Shown: in pieces, positions 8,824-16,780 of the stretch
Layout: every line of letters starts with the position of its first letter
How positions within the stretch are numbered: the first letter of the stretch is position 1
Made by a program: the position numbers and the translations under genes
Notes under the pieces: generated by a model
Told to the model about the DNA's origin: nothing
Database searches by the model: none
Seen by the model: only the letters and a program-made list of their open reading frames with translations
Source: Candidatus Buchananbacteria bacterium RIFCSPHIGHO2_01_FULL_44_11
GTDB taxonomy: Bacteria > Patescibacteriota > Patescibacteriia > Buchananbacterales > UBA6539
Assembly (NCBI GenBank): GCA_001817345.1
Contig: MHIE01000006.1
Coordinates: 1-59,568, forward strand
Length of the DNA: 59,568 bases
Reading direction: 5' to 3'

Positions 8824-10050
8824 ATGTATACTCCAGAGTTACTAAAAAGCATTCAAGATGAACTGGCCAACCTTAAAGACCAGGGCAAATACAAAATTGA
8901 ACGGGAATTGACCAGCGCCCAGGGCCCGGAAGTTAAGATCGGCGATAAAACCGTTTTGATGTTTGCTTCCAACAATTATTTAGGTTTAGGCAATCATCCG
9001 GAGTTAGTGGCCGCCGCCAAAGCCGCTTTGGATCAATACGGCTACGGCCTGTCGTCAGTCCGGTTTATTTGCGGCACCCAGGATTGGCACCGGCAGCTTG
9101 AACAAAAATTAGCCGAGTTTCTAGGCGTTGAAGATGTCATTTTATATTCCACCTGCTTTATGGCTAACCTCGGATTTTTTGCCAGTTTGGTCAATGAGCC
9201 GTTTGGTCAAAACGAATATCAGGATGTGATTTACAGCGACGAACTTAATCACGCCAGTATTATTGACGCTTTTAAGCTGGCTAAAAAAGAACGGGTGGAA
9301 AAGCGGATTTATCCTCATTCTGATTTGGCGGCGTTGGAAAAAATGTTAGCTGATGATGCGACTAGTAACTTCCGCCATAAAATTATTGTCAGTGACGGTA
9401 TTTTTAGTATGGAAGGGGATATGGCTAAACTGCCGGAGTTAGTGGCCTTGGCCAAAAAATATTCCGCCTTGCTTTTTGTTGATGACGCCCACGGCGTCGG
9501 CGTCCTGGGCCAGCACGGCGCCGGCACTCCGGAACACTTGGGCGCTCACGGCCAAATTGACGTTTTATCCGGTACCTTGGGCAAAGCCTTGGGCGGGGCG
9601 GTGGGCGGCTACCTGGCCGGGAAAAAAGTCATAATTGATTTCTTGCGCCAAAAATCCCGGACTTACATGTTTTCCAATTCTTTGCCGCCGATGGTGGTAG
9701 CTGCTTCTTTAAAAGCTTTGGAATTTTTGGCAAAGAATTCCGAGCTGACTAAAAAGTCGGCGGCAAACACCCAGTATTTCCGGACTCAAGTTAAAGCCCT
9801 GGGCTTTAAGATTCCGGACGGTTCTCACCCAATTGTGCCGGTTATGCTCGGTGAGGCGGACAAGGCTCAAGCGATGAGTAAAAGACTGCTGGCAGAGGGT
9901 TTGTACGTAGTCGGGCTCTGGTTTCCGGTGGTGCCAGAAGGGACAGCGCGGCTGCGGTTCCAGGTTTCAGCCGCTCACAGTCAAGAGCAGCTAGACGCCG
10001 CCTTGGCCATTTTGGAAAAAGTGGGTAAAGAAATGAAAGTAATTAACTAA
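8824..10050 (+). CDS. kbl: 2-amino-3-ketobutyrate CoA ligase (glycine C-acetyltransferase)
   Basis: AONS-family PLP enzyme: SNNYLGL, DELNHASIID, DDAHG, SGTLGKALG. ATG at 8824 is preferred over the TTG at 8809 used in the ORF track. Confidence 0.8.
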   Translation: MYTPELLKSIQDELANLKDQGKYKIERELTSAQGPEVKIGDKTVLMFASNNYLGLGNHPELVAAAKAALDQYGYGLSSVRFICGTQDWHRQLEQKLAEFLGVEDVILYSTCFMANLGFFASLVNEPFGQNEYQDVIYSDELNHASIIDAFKLAKKERVEKRIYPHSDLAALEKMLADDATSNFRHKIIVSDGIFSMEGDMAKLPELVALAKKYSALLFVDDAHGVGVLGQHGAGTPEHLGAHGQIDVLSGTLGKALGGAVGGYLAGKKVIIDFLRQKSRTYMFSNSLPPMVVAASLKALEFLAKNSELTKKSAANTQYFRTQVKALGFKIPDGSHPIVPVMLGEADKAQAMSKRLLAEGLYVVGLWFPVVPEGTARLRFQVSAAHSQEQLDAALAILEKVGKEMKVIN

Positions 10051-10052
10051 TT

Positions 10053-10850
10053 ATGGACCAAAAAATCATCAAGCAAACAATTTTACAAGTCGGCGCCGAA
10101 AGTGGGGAATATTTGCGCAACCATTTTTACACCTTTAAAAATGTTTTTCGCAAAGACATCGGCAGTATTGTCACTAACGTTGATTTGGAGCTGACCGAAA
10201 TTATCATTCGGCGGCTGAAGACGATTTTTCCCAATCACGGCATTATTATCCATGGCGGGGAAAGTATCAACGAATCGGCGTCTTGCCGTTGGCTAGTTGA
10301 TCCACTGGACGGTAGTTCCCATTTTTCCCGCAACATTCCGATTTACACGGTTAATATCGCTTTTCAGGAAGATGGCCAGACGATTTTTGGCGCGGTCAAC
10401 CATCCGCAAACCCACCAATTGTTTTTTGCCCAAAAGGGCGGCGGCGCTTATTTGAACGGCATTGACATCAAGGTTTCAACTCAGGCCGAACTAGCCAAGG
10501 CGTTTATTTTTGTTGAGTTGCCGGAATATAAATTCAGTCACCAAAAAGATGCCGCGGCTAATTTCAGCCAGAACATGGCCATTGCCAATCAGTTGATCCA
10601 GCAGGCCGGCCAAGTGGAAAGTTTTCGGATTGGCGCTTTCGGCCAGTGTCTGGTGGCGGCCGGTTCATTTGACGCTTATGTTGATTTGTCCGGTTCGAGC
10701 CAAGAAGTGGGTCAGGCCGCTTCCACCTTAATTGTTGAAGAAGCCGGCGGCCAGGTGGTTAATATCACTAAACCCGAGAATGGTTTTGTTCAACTCTTGG
10801 TGACTAATAGTCATCTTGACCAGGCGTTAAAAAGTTTAGTTTTGTCTTAG
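10053..10850 (+). CDS. Inositol monophosphatase family protein
   Basis: WLVDPLDGSSHF motif; 265 aa. Confidence 0.8.
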   Translation: MDQKIIKQTILQVGAESGEYLRNHFYTFKNVFRKDIGSIVTNVDLELTEIIIRRLKTIFPNHGIIIHGGESINESASCRWLVDPLDGSSHFSRNIPIYTVNIAFQEDGQTIFGAVNHPQTHQLFFAQKGGGAYLNGIDIKVSTQAELAKAFIFVELPEYKFSHQKDAAANFSQNMAIANQLIQQAGQVESFRIGAFGQCLVAAGSFDAYVDLSGSSQEVGQAASTLIVEEAGGQVVNITKPENGFVQLLVTNSHLDQALKSLVLS

Positions 10851-10854
10851 AACT

Positions 10855-11604
10855 ATGAAAGAAATTCAGATTGTAATTTTAGCCGGCGGTTTAGGCAAAA
10901 GAATGGGTCGGCAAGATTTACCTAAAGTCTTGACGCCATTTAAGGGCCAGCCGTTGATTCAACACTTGCTTTCGGCGATCAAAGAATCCGGGGTTGATCC
11001 TCAGGTGGCGATTGTCGTCGGCCAGATGTCAGAAAAAGTCAAAGCCGCTTTGGGCTCGGAGTACATTTATATTTTACAGCCTGAACAATTGGGGACCGGC
11101 CATGCGGTCGCGGTCACTAAAACTGCATTAAGGCGTAAAGCCAAAAATATCATGGTTTTAAACGGCGACCATCCTCTGGTCAGCGCCGCCACCATCAAAA
11201 AAATCGCCCAGACTCATTTGGCGGAAAATAAAGTTTTAACCATGGCCACCACCCGGGTTGATGATTTTAGCGATTGGCGTCAGGATTTTTATTCATTTGG
11301 CCGGATCGTCCGTGATCCGGAGACTAATAAAATCATCGGTATTGTGGAAAAAAAGGACGCCACGCCCGAAATTTTGCAGCTGCGTGAAGTCAACCCGGCT
11401 TATTTCTGTTTTCAAGCTGATTGGCTCTGGCCGCATTTGGCCAAACTGAAGAACGATAACGCCCAAAGTGAGTATTATCTGACTGATTTGGTTGACTTTG
11501 CCTTTAAAGAGAACCAGGAGATTGCCTCGGTGGCGATTGCGGCCAAAGAAGCGCTGGGGATTAACACGGCCGAGGAATTAAAATTACTGGAAAAGTTATT
11601 TTAA
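10855..11604 (+). CDS. Sugar-phosphate nucleotidyltransferase, GlmU N-terminal-domain-like (no acetyltransferase domain)
   Basis: ILAGGLGKRMGRQDLPKVL, QPEQLGTGHAV, NGDHPL; 249 aa. Confidence 0.7.
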   Translation: MKEIQIVILAGGLGKRMGRQDLPKVLTPFKGQPLIQHLLSAIKESGVDPQVAIVVGQMSEKVKAALGSEYIYILQPEQLGTGHAVAVTKTALRRKAKNIMVLNGDHPLVSAATIKKIAQTHLAENKVLTMATTRVDDFSDWRQDFYSFGRIVRDPETNKIIGIVEKKDATPEILQLREVNPAYFCFQADWLWPHLAKLKNDNAQSEYYLTDLVDFAFKENQEIASVAIAAKEALGINTAEELKLLEKLF

Positions 11605-11631
11605 GAGTTAACGATAAAATTTTAAGCTGGT

Positions 11632-12915
11632 ATGCGCATTATTGCCGATTTACATTTACATTCAAAGTATTCCCGCGCCTGTTCCAAAGACTTGGATTTG
11701 GAGCACAACGACCAATGGGCCAGAATCAAGGGTATTAACCTGGTCGGCACGGCTGATTTTACTCATCCTTATTGGTTTAAAGAACTGAAAGAAAAATTGG
11801 TGGAGGAAAAACCTGGCCTATTCAAATTAAAAGACACCCGCCTGCGCCAAGGTTTCGGCGGGCAGGCTGACGGTCAAGTGCTGTTTTTATTTACGACGGA
11901 AGTCAGCTGCATCTATAAGCAAGGCGATCAAGTTCGCCGGATTCATCTTTGTCTTTTTGCGCCTGGACCGGAAGCGGTGGCAAAAATTAATGAATCTTTA
12001 CTTAAGCGCCGCGTCAATTTAAGCGCTGACGGCCGGCCGATCATGGGTTTGTCGGCCAAGGAAGTGACTAAAATTGTTTTAGACGCTGATCCGAATTGTT
12101 TGGTCATTCCGGCTCATGCCTGGACGCCCTGGTTTTCCGTTTTTGGTTCCAAGTCCGGTTTTGATTCTCTGGCCGAATGCTTTGGCGAAATGACGAAATA
12201 CATTTATTCAATCGAAACTGGGTTGTCTTCTGACCCGGGAATGAACTGGTCATGGTCGGCTTTGGATAATCTAACTTTAATTTCAAACTCCGACGCCCAC
12301 TCGCCGGCTAATCTGGGGCGGGAAGCTAATGTTTTTGAAATTGCCGATGCCGACTTAAGCTACGCTGAAATTCGCCGGATCATTAAAGAGAAGGATAAGA
12401 ATAAATTTTTATACACCATTGAATTTTTTCCTGAGGAAGGTAAGTATCACTTTGACGGTCATCGGGCCTGCCAAGTCGTTTTGCCGCCGGACAAAACCAA
12501 AAAACTGAAAGGTATCTGTCCGGTCTGTAAAAAAGGTTTGACTATCGGCGTTAACCATCGCGTTTATCAGCTGGCTGACCGGCCGCTGGGTTACCAGCTT
12601 GATTCTATAACCTACAAAAGCTTAGTGCCTTTGTCGGAAATTATCGCCGAATTTTTAGGCCAGGGCAAGCATACCAAAAAGGTCTCAGAGATCTATCAGG
12701 AGCTGATTAAAAAAGCCGGTAGCGAGTTTGAGATTTTGCTTAACTTATCGTTAGCTGACTTAAGCCAGATAGCTGATCCCAGGCTGGTTTTAGCCATTAG
12801 TAATATGCGCGAGGGCAAAGTCACTCTTTCTCCTGGCTATGACGGGGTCTATGGCGTGGTCAGTCTTTTAAGTTCCGAGCAGAAGGCGGAATCAAAGCAA
12901 AGAGCTCTGTTTTAA
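11632..12915 (+). CDS. Endonuclease Q-like PHP-domain protein (TIGR00375-type)
   Basis: MRIIADLHLHSKYSRACS, a PHP histidine pattern and a CPVCKKGLTIGV zinc knuckle. It carries an in-frame GC hairpin at 11837-11862. Confidence 0.6.
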   Translation: MRIIADLHLHSKYSRACSKDLDLEHNDQWARIKGINLVGTADFTHPYWFKELKEKLVEEKPGLFKLKDTRLRQGFGGQADGQVLFLFTTEVSCIYKQGDQVRRIHLCLFAPGPEAVAKINESLLKRRVNLSADGRPIMGLSAKEVTKIVLDADPNCLVIPAHAWTPWFSVFGSKSGFDSLAECFGEMTKYIYSIETGLSSDPGMNWSWSALDNLTLISNSDAHSPANLGREANVFEIADADLSYAEIRRIIKEKDKNKFLYTIEFFPEEGKYHFDGHRACQVVLPPDKTKKLKGICPVCKKGLTIGVNHRVYQLADRPLGYQLDSITYKSLVPLSEIIAEFLGQGKHTKKVSEIYQELIKKAGSEFEILLNLSLADLSQIADPRLVLAISNMREGKVTLSPGYDGVYGVVSLLSSEQKAESKQRALF

Positions 12916-12986
12916 AATTTTATTCCCGATTAACGCCATAACAAAAAGTTTCCTCGTGTTGCAAGGAAACCTTTTGTTACTGACTT

Positions 12987-13052
12987 CTATACTCTTTTTC
13001 TTTTAGAAGCTTTCTTTTTTGTCTTTTTGGCTGCTTTTTTCTTCTTTGCCAT
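12987..13052 (-). CDS. Candidate 21-aa Lys-rich micro-protein (MAKKKKAAKKTKKKASKRKRV)
   Basis: GGAGGTG lies 5 nt upstream of the ATG. The stop is followed by the hairpin GGTTTCCTTGCAACACGAGGAAAC plus a T-run. It is too short for the ORF track. Confidence 0.3.
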   Translation of the reverse strand: MAKKKKAAKKTKKKASKRKRV

Positions 13053-13288
13053 TATGATCCACCTCCTTTCACTTGACGGAGTTTTGTATTTTTACTAGGA
13101 TTTTTAAAAATCTTGCTCCGCTTTTAAATTTTTTTCTCTAACTTCATTATAAATCTTTTTTTTCTTGTTAACAATGACTTTTTGGTTTTTTTGTGGATAA
13201 CTTTTTTTCGGCCGTTTTGTTCCCTGGAGCAAAAATTGTCAAAATAAAAAACTTTTAACCGCTTTGGCTAAAAGTTTTTTATTTTCAG

Positions 13289-14071
13289 CTATAAGTTTTT
13301 AAGAATTGTAAAAAGTTTTTTGGTTAAAGCGTTGGTGCAGCCGGCCAGAAAGAAAGTTGAAAGATCTTTTTTGTCATCAAGGTTCTGAATTTTTCCGCCC
13401 GCCTCTTCCACGATAATTCTAGCGGCCGCGACGTCATAGAGGGCGACCCTGTTGGAAACAACCCCGTGGATTTTGCCTTCGGCCAGCCAGGCCAGTTCAA
13501 TGGCCGGTGCCCAGCTGTTGAGGACCCGAAAAATTCCTTTTTGGTATAGACTTTTTTGATTTTTAGGGTTAGTCATGTCATCTTTTGCGTTGACTTCCCA
13601 GCCCTGACTGTAAGCGACGATTGAGCCGGTCAGGTCTTGTTTTTTCGCCACTTGGATCCGCCGGCCGTTTTTGTAGGCACCGTTATTTTTTTGAGCCCAA
13701 AACAGCTGCTTTAAAACGGGAGCGTAAATTGCGCCGGCAATCATTTCGCCGTTTTTGATTACGCCGATTGAAGTCGTATACAAACCAGAGCCGATGGTGA
13801 AGTTGATGGTGCCGTCCAACGGATCAATGGCGAAGGTGTATTCCGACCCATTGTCTTCTGACCCCGACTCCTCAGCGATGATGTTAAAGTCGGGAAACTG
13901 TTTTTTCAAAATGCTTAAGATTTTTTTCTCTGAGGCCAGGTCAGCGCTGGTGCAGACGTCCCCGGTTGGTTTTTGTTTTCTTTCTACTGTTTTGTCAAAA
14001 AAACGGAGAGTGGCTTTTCCGCCCTCTTGCGCTGCTTCAATAATCGCCTTGAGAATATTTTTTTCGTTCAT
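13289..14071 (-). CDS. Inositol monophosphatase family protein (second paralog)
   Basis: FAIDPLDGTINF motif; 260 aa. Confidence 0.8.
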   Translation of the reverse strand: MNEKNILKAIIEAAQEGGKATLRFFDKTVERKQKPTGDVCTSADLASEKKILSILKKQFPDFNIIAEESGSEDNGSEYTFAIDPLDGTINFTIGSGLYTTSIGVIKNGEMIAGAIYAPVLKQLFWAQKNNGAYKNGRRIQVAKKQDLTGSIVAYSQGWEVNAKDDMTNPKNQKSLYQKGIFRVLNSWAPAIELAWLAEGKIHGVVSNRVALYDVAAARIIVEEAGGKIQNLDDKKDLSTFFLAGCTNALTKKLFTILKNL

Positions 14072-14088
14072 GATTTTTTTATTGAAAT

Positions 14089-14652
14089 TTAAATTTTGTT
14101 TGATTTTTTGATTAAAGAAAAAATAGTGATCATCAAAAAAGCGGTTAACGCCATCATAGGGATCGTGATGTAACCATAGTTGATAATACCAAAATTAGAA
14201 CAGGATTCAAGACCAGCGGTTCGGCAAAAAGGGGACGGAATGGCGGTCATTTGGAGGAAATAGTGGTAGCCGGCGATAACGGCACCAATTAAAGATAAGA
14301 CTAGGCTGTAATCAACGATATTTTTATCTTTTTTCCAGAGCGCCAGGCCTAATAATATTACCTGAGGGTACATTAGTATTCTTTGAAACCAGCAAAGTTT
14401 ACAAGGGACTAGCCCGACGATTTCCGAATAAAAAAGACTGCCTAAGGTGGCGATTAAAGCAACGACAAAAGCCAGAGCGATGCTGTTTTGCGAAATATTG
14501 TTTAAAAGCGGTTTAGTCGCCGCCTGCTTTTTGTAGATTAAAAAATACACCAGTATTAATATACTGATGACTTGTCCGATAATCGTGAGTAAAGACAGTA
14601 TTTGGTTGGCGGTTGGTATTAAATTTGTCATGTTATTTTCCATCCAATTCAA
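14089..14652 (-). CDS. Disulfide bond formation protein (DsbB/BdbC family)
   Basis: 4-TM protein with CKLCWFQRILMYP and a second Cys pair. Confidence 0.7.
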   Translation of the reverse strand: MNWMENNMTNLIPTANQILSLLTIIGQVISILILVYFLIYKKQAATKPLLNNISQNSIALAFVVALIATLGSLFYSEIVGLVPCKLCWFQRILMYPQVILLGLALWKKDKNIVDYSLVLSLIGAVIAGYHYFLQMTAIPSPFCRTAGLESCSNFGIINYGYITIPMMALTAFLMITIFSLIKKSNKI

Positions 14653-15274
14653 GCCTGAGCTCTTGTAAGAAATTGGTTAAGAACTTTGTCCTTCTTTTTG
14701 CTAATTCTCTCGCTTTTTTTGTATACATCATACCCTCAACTTTTAAGAGTCTAGTGTAAAATAAGTCTAACGCGTAGTTTTTGGGTGTTGGTTTTCTATT
14801 TTCACAAAACGGGTCATCTGGATTATAGAAAGGCCTCTTCATCTGTCCTGTAGAAGAAAAAGTTCTCATAATTGATATTGCCCCTGTCGCTTCTAATCGG
14901 TCTGCATCCTGCAATATTTTTGCTTCAATCAGGTTCGGGACAATGCTTTTAGAAAAAGAGCATTGTCTAATCGCCGTTTGAACTTTATCTATTTTATGTT
15001 TTGGATATTCTTTTATACTCATTAACAACCTTTGTGTATACTTCGCGCTTTTATCAGATTCATTCCTGCCACGCGGGTCATTTTTGGGATAGATAACAAC
15101 ATCATGAAATAGTGCGGCCGGAATAATAATGTCAAAATCTGCACCTTCGTCCTTAGCAATTTTTTCTGCAAGATCCAAGACTCTTACAGAATGTTGAAAA
15201 TCATGAGAGATGTCTTTAGTTGTTATTTTTTTCTTTGCTAGACGTATAAGCTTTTTTCGTAAGCCTTTTGTCAT
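14633..15274 (-). CDS. HD-domain phosphohydrolase
   Basis: HDFQHSVRV .. ALFHDV .. DADRLE. Confidence 0.7.
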   Translation of the reverse strand: MTKGLRKKLIRLAKKKITTKDISHDFQHSVRVLDLAEKIAKDEGADFDIIIPAALFHDVVIYPKNDPRGRNESDKSAKYTQRLLMSIKEYPKHKIDKVQTAIRQCSFSKSIVPNLIEAKILQDADRLEATGAISIMRTFSSTGQMKRPFYNPDDPFCENRKPTPKNYALDLFYTRLLKVEGMMYTKKARELAKRRTKFLTNFLQELRLELDGK

Positions 15275-15308
15275 ATTCTTAAAATAGGCATGTAACTACA
15301 AATAATTT

Positions 15309-15896
15309 TGGTGGACCGTGAGAGAGTTGCTCCGATCCCGACTTTACGTCGTGGATCGAGGATCCCGCCTTCTTTAATAAAAATAATTTGGTGGCGGGAA
15401 ACTCTCGACCTCCTGTTTGTCCCGATAAACTTTTGGACCGGAGCGGGGTCCCCGCCAGAGGCGGGTGCGCCTCTGGCGCAGAACCGTGCGGCCTCCACAT
15501 TGTCCCGACAAACTTTTGGACCGGAGCGGGGTCGAACCGCTTACCTCCACATTGCAAATGTGGCGTTCTACCAGGTGAACTACCGGCCCAAAAGTTTGTC
15601 GAGGATTCTCGACTACTTTTATTTGAAAAATTTGTAAGTCGGAACAAATGTGGTGCTCTAGCCAACTGAGCTACAGGCCCATTCTGAATTTTCGAGGATT
15701 CTCAACTACTTTAATTTATAAAAAACAGTAAGTCGGAACAAATGTGATGCTCTACCAGCTGAGCTACGGGCCCACCAAAGATATCGAGGATCCCGGTTTT
15801 TTAAAGTTTACAAATTAATGAGCCGGACAAATGTGGTATTCTAGCCTACTGCCTGCCCGCCGAAGCTCGGAGAGCGTAGGCGGGAGCTAACGGCCC
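15309..15896 (-). other. Concentric tRNA-Ala locus: three extra 5' exon-like pieces (15645-15680, 15739-15773, 15828-15896) and two extra 3' pieces (15434-15502, 15309-15419) around one intact tRNA-Ala
   Basis: See findings. All 5' pieces end ..C(A/C)CACATTTG and both 3' pieces start CAA. The outermost pair has a matching acceptor stem, GGGCCGT/ACGGTCC-A-CCA. Confidence 0.6.
15517..15589 (-). tRNA. tRNA-Ala(UGC), intact core copy
   Basis: GGGCCGGTAGTTCACCTGGTAGAACGCCACATTTGCAATGTGGAGGTAAGCGGTTCGACCCCGCTCCGGTCCA. It has the G3:U70 pair and anticodon loop TTTGCAA. CCA is not encoded. Confidence 0.85.
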
Positions 15897-15930
15897 AGGC
15901 TTTACAAACGCTTAACTTTAGTGGTTACTT

Positions 15931-16182
15931 TTAAATACCTGGGATGAGGATTTTGGCGATCATGTCCAGCACTGACTGAATCAAATTAGTCATAATCAGA
16001 AAGCCGAGAATACTGGCGAGAATGCCGATCAGTTTATAAGCCAACCGCGATCCACCTTCAGTCCCCAAGTATTTATCGGCCGAGGGGATGGCACCGAAAT
16101 TTTCATAAAACCATTCAGATTTGATGGTGACTAAGGCTCCGACAGCGGCAATGATCAAACCGAGAATAATTCGACCAAGCAT
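15931..16182 (-). CDS. Small membrane protein (2 TM), unknown function
   Basis: 83-aa ORF, hydrophobic at both ends. Confidence 0.4.
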   Translation of the reverse strand: MLGRIILGLIIAAVGALVTIKSEWFYENFGAIPSADKYLGTEGGSRLAYKLIGILASILGFLIMTNLIQSVLDMIAKILIPGI

Positions 16183-16255
16183 AGTGTTATAATTTTAAAT
16201 AACCAATTTTAAATTTTAAGTACTGGATATTTATTTATAATTTAATATTAACCGA

Positions 16256-16525
16256 TGGTGGGCAGCATAGGAATCCCCGCCAAAGGCGGGTGCGCCTTTT
16301 GAGCCAGAGGCTCATCTGCCTTTGGTATGAGGCGCAGAACCTATGACCTCTTCGGTGTAAATGAAGCGCTCCCCGCCCGTTTCGCCTTACCTGATTTATC
16401 AATGGGTTTGAGAGGAGTCGAACCTCTGACCTTCTCGGTGTAAACGAGACGCTCTAACCAACTGAGCTACAAACCCATAATACGGCGAAGCAAGGCGGGC
16501 GGGTAACCAGCTGAGCTAGCTGTCC
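16256..16525 (-). tRNA. Outer tRNA-Val(UAC)-like gene interrupted in the D-loop (insert 16371-16502, contains the inner tRNA-Val) and in the T-loop (insert 16276-16336)
   Basis: With the inserts removed it reads GGACAGC TA GCTC AGCTGGTTAC GAGC G CTTCA TTTACAC CGAAG AGGTC ATAGG TTCGATT CCTAT GCTGCCC A CCA. All four stems form, with A3.C70 and A31.C39 mismatches. Confidence 0.5.
16403..16476 (-). tRNA. tRNA-Val(UAC), intact inner copy
   Basis: GGGTTTGTAGCTCAGTTGGTTAGAGCGTCTCGTTTACACCGAGAAGGTCAGAGGTTCGACTCCTCTCAAACCCA. Confidence 0.9.
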
Positions 16526-16526
16526 T

Positions 16527-16610
16527 TGGTGCGGACGGAGGGACTCGCCCCGTCGAATGACGGGGCGCCCGATTGGATAATCGGGCGAACTCCTTTCTTA
16601 GTATAATTAC
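16527..16610 (-). pseudogene. tRNA-Leu-like 3'-end copy with hairpin insert
   Basis: TGGTGCGGACG is identical to the 3' end of the adjacent tRNA-Leu. It is followed by hairpins TCGCCCCGTCGAATGACGGGGCG and CCCGATTGGATAATCGGG, then GAACTCC. Confidence 0.5.
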
Positions 16611-16698
16611 TGGTGCGGACGAGAGGATTTGAACCTCCAAGGGATTGCTCCCACTAGCACCTCAAGCTAGCGCGTATACCAAGTTCCGCCACGTCCGC
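16611..16698 (-). tRNA. tRNA-Leu(GAG)
   Basis: Long variable arm, anticodon loop TTGAGGT, CCA encoded. Confidence 0.9.
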
Positions 16699-16780
16699 TG
16701 AGTCGACATTATGGCTCAAGAAAAAACATTGATGGTTTCGCCCGAGCCTTGTCATTGAGAAAAGTGGGGGAGAGGCGCTT

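Noticed and set aside
15391-15400. TGGTGGCGGGAAAC looked like another encoded CCA 3' end of a tRNA.
   Set aside because: GGCGGGA is the 3' arm of the TCCCGCC-(AT loop)-GGCGGGA hairpin. The same arm occurs as AGTGGCGGGAAAC and TGTGGCGGGAAAC at 23573 and 23927, without TGGT.
15271-15669. Four overlapping ORFs of 75-128 aa in the ORF track (both strands).
   Set aside because: They lie entirely over tRNA genes, tRNA fragments and GC hairpins. The same 'peptides' recur at 23509-23697 because the repeat recurs. There are no RBSs.
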